From: Promethearchaeota archaeon
Lineage (GTDB): Archaea > Asgardarchaeota > Lokiarchaeia > Sigyniarchaeales > SOKP01
Length of the DNA stretch: 13,657 nt
Assembly: GCA_016930515.1 (NCBI GenBank)
Contig: JAFGGO010000116.1
Coordinates: forward strand, 1 to 13,657
Direction of reading: 5' to 3'
In this document: one piece after another, positions 8,826 through 13,657 of the stretch
Layout: every line of letters starts with the position of its first letter
Position numbering within the stretch: the first letter of the stretch is position 1
Position numbers and translations under genes: made by a program
The notes under the pieces: model-generated
What the model saw: the letters and a program-made list of their open reading frames with translations, nothing else
What the model was told of the DNA's origin: nothing
Database searches by the model: none

Positions 8826-10578
8826 TTACAAGTACGCAAGTCCTTCAATGTGTCTTCAACAAGAAGACCAGACCATATTAGGGTTAAGTCCTGACCTATC
8901 GAGGGAAGAAAAAGTATCGTTTAGGGGAAAACTAAAACACCCCTTAATATTCAGAGACGCCATGTTAATGTTGCGCGAGATCGTCATATCAGATATGAGC
9001 CAAAAAAAGAAAGAAAGATTAGAGTTTTTTGCGTGGCTCGAAGACGAGATCGAAAGACGCGTTCTAAAGCACGAAAAATACTTACCCGGAGTAAGAGAAA
9101 GCTTGAGAGACGAAATGGAAGGTTTGCTTAAAGAATTAGCAGAAAAGGACGATTTATTAAAAAACCTTGCCAATGCGAGAGCCAATTTAAATAAGGAAAT
9201 TTATGACACGGGCGCCTGGAAAGAATATAACAAGCTCGAAAGGAAGTTCTGGAATTTCATTCGAAACCGCGATAAAGACTTGTGGTTCGTACTAGATCCC
9301 GTGATTACGGTTCATCCAGACCAAGTATCTTTTGAAGCGTTTTCATTGGATGAGTCCACTTATGGATGCTTATCGGTTACGATGGACGAATTTATTTTAG
9401 TACAAGAACCCCAATTAGGAACGACGAATATCGATTTTTCTGCCAAGTTATCAAGAGAGATGGAACGGTTTAGAACTTACACGAATGTCGAGTTATCCGT
9501 AAATCCAGAAGGTTTTACTGTAGAAACGGGAGTAATGCCCGAATATGTGGAAAAAAAGATAGACTTGCCCGAAACATGGATAAAAGGATTTAACCAAGTA
9601 TCAGCTGCTGCAAGTCTGGGAGGAGTTGATCTCGAACTATCTCCCGTTGACATGTATGACATTTGTTCGTTCTTACGAAGGCACAAGGCACGCAAAAGCC
9701 CTCGATACATGAAATGGATATTAGAACCCGGAAAACACGTGAAGATCGTTCTCGAACCATGGGGTTCGAAATTGGAATTAAAGGCGGTTTACAGCGGAGA
9801 TAGAATACGGGAAGAAAAAGTATGGGGAAGACGGCGCTGGTTAGTAATGGAAAAGATAATACCTATCGCATCATCATTCAAGGTAAGACTTTTAGGATTT
9901 GGTATGCCTCAGTTTATCGTAGCAGACTTGGGCACGATGAAGATGACAATAGGTTTTACTTCCTGGTCTTCAAACGATTGGGTGAAGGGTACGGCATTTA
10001 ATATTTTAGGGGGATACATAGGCGAGGGGAACTACGAAGACATATACACTTTGTTAAAAAAACGTCGCCTTTTGTCGTTAGAAGAGATCAACAAAGAGTT
10101 ATCAGATTTCACGAAAAGTAAAAACAAATCGGGAGTAGGCATGGTACTTAAGCGTGGAGAGGCTTATTATGATCCAATCGTTGATGCCGTAAGATTTCGA
10201 CAATTGTGCAATTCTCCCATTCCCAAAGAATTGTACGAAACTACCACGATGGAACTAAGCGTGCAAGAACATTTGGAAGAAGGAATGAAAGGCTTTACGT
10301 TGAAACAAACTCAAGAAAAAGATTTTATTGCCACGCACGCCTTGAAAAAAGGAAAGCGAAAGGAAAATCTTACCAAAACTGAAATGACAATCAATCAAGA
10401 TGGGCAAATCACCAAAGTAAAATGTGATTGCAAGCAATTCAAAAAAGGGGCGAGAAACATTTCCGATCCGTGCGCTCACCTTCTTTCCTTGTATATTACC
10501 ACATCGAAATTTTTAAACTTGGAATTAAAGCCAGATAGAGAATATACCATAAATGACATTTTGGAGATGTTATTATGA
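8815..10578 (+). CDS. SWIM zinc-finger domain protein, putative retron type XIII accessory
   Basis: C-terminal CxC-x13-CxH motif (CDCKQFKKGARNISDPCAH, 10423-10479) and an N-terminal coiled coil. The core blocks LDPVITVHPD..SFEAFS.DES.YG, GTTNIDFS, KKIDLPETWIKGF.QV and WGRRR match my recollection of the SWIM family found beside Mx162-like RTs. Confidence 0.85.
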   Translation: MQVNYKYASPSMCLQQEDQTILGLSPDLSREEKVSFRGKLKHPLIFRDAMLMLREIVISDMSQKKKERLEFFAWLEDEIERRVLKHEKYLPGVRESLRDEMEGLLKELAEKDDLLKNLANARANLNKEIYDTGAWKEYNKLERKFWNFIRNRDKDLWFVLDPVITVHPDQVSFEAFSLDESTYGCLSVTMDEFILVQEPQLGTTNIDFSAKLSREMERFRTYTNVELSVNPEGFTVETGVMPEYVEKKIDLPETWIKGFNQVSAAASLGGVDLELSPVDMYDICSFLRRHKARKSPRYMKWILEPGKHVKIVLEPWGSKLELKAVYSGDRIREEKVWGRRRWLVMEKIIPIASSFKVRLLGFGMPQFIVADLGTMKMTIGFTSWSSNDWVKGTAFNILGGYIGEGNYEDIYTLLKKRRLLSLEEINKELSDFTKSKNKSGVGMVLKRGEAYYDPIVDAVRFRQLCNSPIPKELYETTTMELSVQEHLEEGMKGFTLKQTQEKDFIATHALKKGKRKENLTKTEMTINQDGQITKVKCDCKQFKKGARNISDPCAHLLSLYITTSKFLNLELKPDREYTINDILEMLL

Positions 10579-12035
10579 CCGAAAACACAAAACAAGACTA
10601 TAGAACGCTAATAAATCAAATGGGCAAGAAAGAATTTACTATCATGAAAATGCAGGAATACGGCTTTTGGCCAAAAGATCTGCCAACTCCTTACGAAAAG
10701 CAATTAAACGAAACGCCTGAACAGTATTCCAAGCGTAAAGCGCTCGTGGAGGATTATAAAAGCATTATAGAAAGAATTTCAAAATTATACAAGGAAAAGC
10801 AAGAAATTAACGATAAACTAAGAGATTTGCGAAAAAAATACGACGAAACTTGGGACATCGAAAGAATAAGAAAAGATATCGCCCAAACGATCATGAAAGA
10901 ATCCATTGCTCGTCGCACAGAAAAAAAAAAGCAACGGGAACTCGAAAAACACGCGAAATCAGAAGCGTGGAAAAAGAAAAAAGCAGAACAAATCATTTTT
11001 ATTGGAAAGGGTTATTCTTCCTTTTTATACGATAACGAGACGGACCAGCCAAAACTTGAGTTGCAAGGCTTACCTGTCATAAAATCTGATATAGACTTAG
11101 CTAATTTTTTGGAAATAGATTATAAAAAGCTTAGGTTTTTGTCCTATCATCGTGATGTCGTTACTGTAGACCATTATCACCGTTACACCATTCCAAAGAG
11201 AAAAGGGGGAATGAGAAACATTGCTGCTCCAAAACCCATTTTAAAATCAGTTCAAAGAAAGATATTGGAAGATATTTTAAACAAATTTTCTCTTTCCCAA
11301 CAGGCTCATGGATTTATAAAGGAAAGATCTATCTTGAGTGGAGCGCTAGCACACAACATTCAACCCGCCCTGGTCATTAACATGGACATTGAGAATTTTT
11401 TTCCAACCATTTCTTTTGAACGAGTTCGGGGCATGTTTAAATCAGCGGGATATTCAGGATTCATTTCTTCGTTATTAGCAATGTTATGTACTTACTGCGA
11501 GCGCGTGTCAATAGAAGTAAAAAATAAAACAAGATTCATAGCAACTACAAAACGAATTTTACCTCAAGGTTCTCCTGCAAGCCCGATGATAACTAATATT
11601 ATTTGCAGGAGGTTGGACCAAAGGTTGAACGGACTCGCAAGTAAATTTGGATTTACTTACACGAGATATGCAGACGATATGAGCTTCAGCATAAACGACG
11701 AGACTAATGTGAAAGTGGGAAGATTCTACGGATTAGTTTCAAAAATCGTGAAAGACGAGGGATTTGAAATTAATAAAGAGAAAACACGGTTTTTAAGGAA
11801 AAATAACAGGCAATCCATCACGGGAGTAGTTGTCAACAACGAGAAACTTGGAGTTAATCGAATGTGGATGAGACGGTTTAGGGCTGCGATTCACAACGCA
11901 AGCAAGTTAAGATCAAATGGAGATTTGCCAATTGAAGTAAAAAGGGAGCTTTCGGGCATGGCTTCGTGGGTTAGAAGCGTTAATCCCGAACGTTACAAGA
12001 AATTAATAGAGACCGCAATGGAGGTAATTAAATAA
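10575..12035 (+). CDS. ret: Retron-type reverse transcriptase (Mx162/Sa163-like) with a ~150-aa charged N-terminal extension
   Basis: IPKRKGG.R.IAAP, AHGF...RSI, region X GALAH (canonical NAxxH; 11340-11354), DIENFFPTI, LPQGSPASP, YTRYADD (YADD at 11667-11678), region Y ITGVVVN (canonical VTG; 11817-11825) and RAAIHN. No maturase or endonuclease domain. The start overlaps the upstream stop (ATGA), with GGAG at 10563-10566. Confidence 0.95.
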   Translation: MTENTKQDYRTLINQMGKKEFTIMKMQEYGFWPKDLPTPYEKQLNETPEQYSKRKALVEDYKSIIERISKLYKEKQEINDKLRDLRKKYDETWDIERIRKDIAQTIMKESIARRTEKKKQRELEKHAKSEAWKKKKAEQIIFIGKGYSSFLYDNETDQPKLELQGLPVIKSDIDLANFLEIDYKKLRFLSYHRDVVTVDHYHRYTIPKRKGGMRNIAAPKPILKSVQRKILEDILNKFSLSQQAHGFIKERSILSGALAHNIQPALVINMDIENFFPTISFERVRGMFKSAGYSGFISSLLAMLCTYCERVSIEVKNKTRFIATTKRILPQGSPASPMITNIICRRLDQRLNGLASKFGFTYTRYADDMSFSINDETNVKVGRFYGLVSKIVKDEGFEINKEKTRFLRKNNRQSITGVVVNNEKLGVNRMWMRRFRAAIHNASKLRSNGDLPIEVKRELSGMASWVRSVNPERYKKLIETAMEVIK

Positions 12036-12064
12036 CTCTCATTTCAGGAAAAGAGAATAATTAT

Positions 12065-12251
12065 TTTCCTTGGCCTTCATGCCTCGGCGTTGCGTTGCGG
12101 TCGAAACTTGCCAAGCACACGACACCTGGACGAGCGCAACTCGCATCGCTGGTGTCCTAAATTTAAAACTGTAGGATCCATTTTAATAAATTTAGGACAA
12201 ACTGCTTTGCTAAAGTGTTGCATCTAGTTATGAGAATTGATAGCAAGGAAA
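12065..12251 (+). ncRNA. Putative retron ncRNA (msr-msd), copy 1
   Basis: Terminal IR TTTCCTTG (12065-12072) / CAAGGAAA (12244-12251), extendable to 12055/12257 with a bulge. Candidate branch G at 12073. Perfect 13-bp stem 12153-12165 / 12187-12199 with a 21-nt loop. Confidence 0.75.
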
Positions 12252-12278
12252 TTATTCCTTCCTTTTCCAATATTTATT

Positions 12279-12324
12279 AAAAAAAAAAAAATTTATTATA
12301 AATCAATTCCTCATAATTATAATA
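12279..12324 (+). promoter_or_regulatory. Putative archaeal promoter (A-rich BRE + TATA-like TTTATTA) for ncRNA copy 2
   Basis: An A13 run (12279-12291) is followed by TTTATTATA (12292-12300), starting 33 nt before the TTGGATTTCTTG arm. The same motif and spacing occur before copy 3. Confidence 0.45.
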
Positions 12325-12519
12325 TTGGATTTCTTGGCCTTCACGCCTCGGCGTTGCGCCGCGGTCGAAACTTGCCAAGCACACGACACCTGGACGAGCG
12401 CAACTCGCATCGCTACGCTGATCGTGCGCATTGAAAATGGAGCCTACGGTTATGCGACGATCAGCGCGCTCTGCTGAAGTGTCACGTCCAGTTGTGAGAA
12501 TCGTTAGCAAGAAATCCAA
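12325..12519 (+). ncRNA. Putative retron ncRNA (msr-msd), copy 2
   Basis: Perfect 12-bp terminal IR TTGGATTTCTTG (12325-12336) / CAAGAAATCCAA (12508-12519). Candidate branch G at 12337. 15-bp stem with one bulge, 12416-12431 / 12452-12466, and a 20-nt loop. Confidence 0.8.
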
Positions 12520-12540
12520 AATTCTCTATATCATTATAGA

Positions 12541-12583
12541 CACAAGAAGATTTATTAACTATCAAATCCTCATAATTATAATA
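12541..12583 (+). promoter_or_regulatory. Putative archaeal promoter for ncRNA copy 3
   Basis: Purine-rich AAGAAGA followed by TTTATTA (12551-12557), 33 nt before the TTGGATTTCTTG arm. It shares TCCTCATAATTATAATA with the copy 2 leader. Confidence 0.45.
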
Positions 12584-12584
12584 T

Positions 12585-12775
12585 TGGATTTCTTGGCCTT
12601 CACGCCTCGGCGTTGCGCCGCGGTCGAAACTTGCCAAGCACACGACACCTGGGCGTGCGCAACTCGCGTCGCTACATATAGTGTCTGATTGAAAATGGAG
12701 CCTTCGGTGATCAGACACTATATGCGCTCTGCTGAAGTGTCACTCCCAACTGTGAGAAAGTTAGCAAGAAATCCA
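12585..12775 (+). ncRNA. Putative retron ncRNA (msr-msd), copy 3
   Basis: Perfect 11-bp terminal IR TGGATTTCTTG (12585-12595) / CAAGAAATCCA (12765-12775). Candidate branch G at 12596. Perfect 15-bp stem CATATAGTGTCTGAT (12675-12689) / ATCAGACACTATATG (12710-12724) with a 20-nt loop. Confidence 0.8.
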
Positions 12776-12779
12776 TTAA

Positions 12780-12795
12780 TTTTTTCTTTTTATTT
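12780..12795 (+). terminator. Putative archaeal oligo-T terminator of the ncRNA array
   Basis: TTTTTTCTTTTTATTT lies 4 nt after the last IR arm and just before the stop codon of the convergent gene. Confidence 0.5.
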
Positions 12796-12803
12796 AATAA
12801 AAA

Positions 12804-13634
12804 TTAATTCAGTTTTATGAGATGTGCAAAATTGTTGTAAAAGACTTTCTGAAGCGTGCTTTTTTCTAAATTCAAACAGATAATCTTATTAATTTCAATA
12901 TCGGGAGGATTTGCGGCGGGAGCGTCAGAACCGAAAATCACTCTGTCCTCACCCATTGCTTTTATGAGAGATAATATCCCAAACGGGATGGACACGCTCG
13001 TTTCGAAATAGACATTTGGAATGTTCGAATCGTGAGCAAAAAAACGGACTAAACTCACGCAATATTCCATCGAAAAAGCCGCATGACCAATAATTAATTT
13101 TAGCTCCTTATATTTTTTTGCAAGGGCGTGATAATCTTTAACGCGAGCTTGTTTTTGAAAGAAAAAGCCAGAACCAGAGTGAATGTATAATGGAACATCG
13201 TGTTCTACGCAAAATTCTGCTAATTGATAAAAATCGTGTGGTGCCTTGAGAAAATCGATATAAGGGTGCGTTTTAACACCTTTAAATCCATAATCGACGA
13301 TATATTTTTCTAAAAAATCCCAATCATCTTCAGAAGCGATTTTTGGATTAAACCAGAAGAATCCATAAATGCGTTTTGGATACTCCTTAATGAGTGCCCT
13401 GACCTGCTCGTGGTCGTATTGTTGTTTTGGAACGAATTGATTCAATAATTCTTTAATATCGAGGATTTTTCCGCTTTGTTCGATGGCATTCATATTTGCG
13501 GCTTGATTCAAGGTAGTTACGGCAGCTTTCTCAATTCCGTGCTTATCCATTAATTGAATAAGGGACTCTTCTCTTGGTTTGAATCGCCCTGCGTGGTGCA
13601 TGTGAGCGTCAAAGATTTTAAATTCATTAGCCAT
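12804..13634 (-). CDS. Amidohydrolase family protein (metal-dependent TIM barrel, Amidohydro_2-like)
   Basis: N-terminal DAHMH (HxH), GFKGVKTHP, VPLYIHSG, IIGHA, NVYFETS, G.DRVIFGSD.P and a C-terminal KVFYNN. Confidence 0.88.
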   Translation of the reverse strand: MANEFKIFDAHMHHAGRFKPREESLIQLMDKHGIEKAAVTTLNQAANMNAIEQSGKILDIKELLNQFVPKQQYDHEQVRALIKEYPKRIYGFFWFNPKIASEDDWDFLEKYIVDYGFKGVKTHPYIDFLKAPHDFYQLAEFCVEHDVPLYIHSGSGFFFQKQARVKDYHALAKKYKELKLIIGHAAFSMEYCVSLVRFFAHDSNIPNVYFETSVSIPFGILSLIKAMGEDRVIFGSDAPAANPPDIEINKIICLNLEKSTLQKVFYNNFAHLIKLN

Positions 13635-13657
13635 TTATTATCGTCTCGATGATTCAT

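Larger units (their letters stand above)
12065..12775 (+). repeat. Tandem array of three ~190-nt cassettes (period 264 and 259 bp)
   Basis: 82-nt core at 12069-12150, 12333-12414 and 12592-12673, with 3 mismatches between copies 1/2 and 3 between copies 2/3 (manual alignment). The core is ~66% GC in AT-rich surroundings. A shared 3' block reads TGCT(G/A)AAGTGT...TGAGAA...TAGCAAG. Confidence 0.97.
3786..12795 (+). other. Retron system (type XIII / Mx162-like): LRR-fused helical-repeat accessory + SWIM protein + retron RT + downstream triple ncRNA array
   Basis: Three co-oriented genes overlap by 11 nt and 4 nt (ATGA). The RT has retron motifs and is followed within ~30 nt by three msr/msd-like cassettes. 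SWIM and ARM-type partners are the described accessory genes of type XIII retrons. Confidence 0.82.

Noticed and set aside
110-11035. Antisense or nested ORFs within the long genes (e.g. 1145..1474, 2439..2933, 4823..5428, 8856..9185)
   Set aside because: Shadow ORFs of well-supported genes, with Ser/Phe-rich non-protein-like composition.
10575-12300. Group II intron with RT/maturase and downstream domain V
   Set aside because: No maturase or endonuclease domain and no recognisable domain V/VI. The RT is operonically coupled to the SWIM gene and has region X/Y retron motifs.
12318-12323. Bacterial -10 box TATAAT before copies 2 and 3
   Set aside because: It ends 1 nt before the IR arm, so transcription would start inside the arm. 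No clear -35 is present and the host appears archaeal.
12237-12718. Short ORFs over the array (12237..12434 +, 12277..12519 -, 12431..12688 +, 12482..12718 -)
   Set aside because: These are by-products of GC-rich repeats. Frames and starts are not preserved across copies, and the variation follows base-pairing rather than codons.
12065-12775. CRISPR array
   Set aside because: The repeat core is 82 nt with a ~260 bp period, the intervening parts are homologous structured hairpins rather than unique spacers, and there are no cas genes in the window.
12333-12775. DGR template/variable repeat pair (the three core differences between copies 2 and 3 all fall at copy 2 adenines)
   Set aside because: Differences in the 3' block are not A-specific, no repeat lies in a credible CDS, and the RT carries retron motifs. 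Three sites are too few to be meaningful.
3547-12803. Mobile element or island boundaries around the retron operon
   Set aside because: No integrase, transposase, tRNA site, terminal repeats or target-site duplication were visible by eye.
12804-13634. Amidohydrolase as the retron effector
   Set aside because: It is on the opposite strand and convergent, separated by a T-tract, and belongs to a common family. No evidence of linkage without synteny data.

Overview
AT-rich archaeal genomic window, most consistent with an Asgard (Lokiarchaeia-like) archaeon; the taxonomy is inferred from archaeal-type PPS and MfnA and a Loki-style LRR module. The left part holds cofactor genes: a corrinoid adenosyltransferase, phosphopantothenate synthetase and a divergent MfnA-type PLP decarboxylase. 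The centre is a tightly coupled three-gene operon: a 1679-aa TPR + ~18 LRR + helical-repeat protein, a SWIM Zn-finger protein and an Mx162-like retron reverse transcriptase. This resembles type XIII retrons (ARM/SWIM-associated). The standout feature lies downstream of the RT: three ~190-nt retron-like ncRNA cassettes spaced 264 and 259 bp apart. Each has its own a1/a2 inverted repeat, a candidate branching G, a near-identical 82-nt GC-rich msr-like core, and an msd-like hairpin. The hairpin stem sequence is different in every copy while the ~20-nt loop is conserved, and that loop is inverted in copy 1. A convergent amidohydrolase closes the window.
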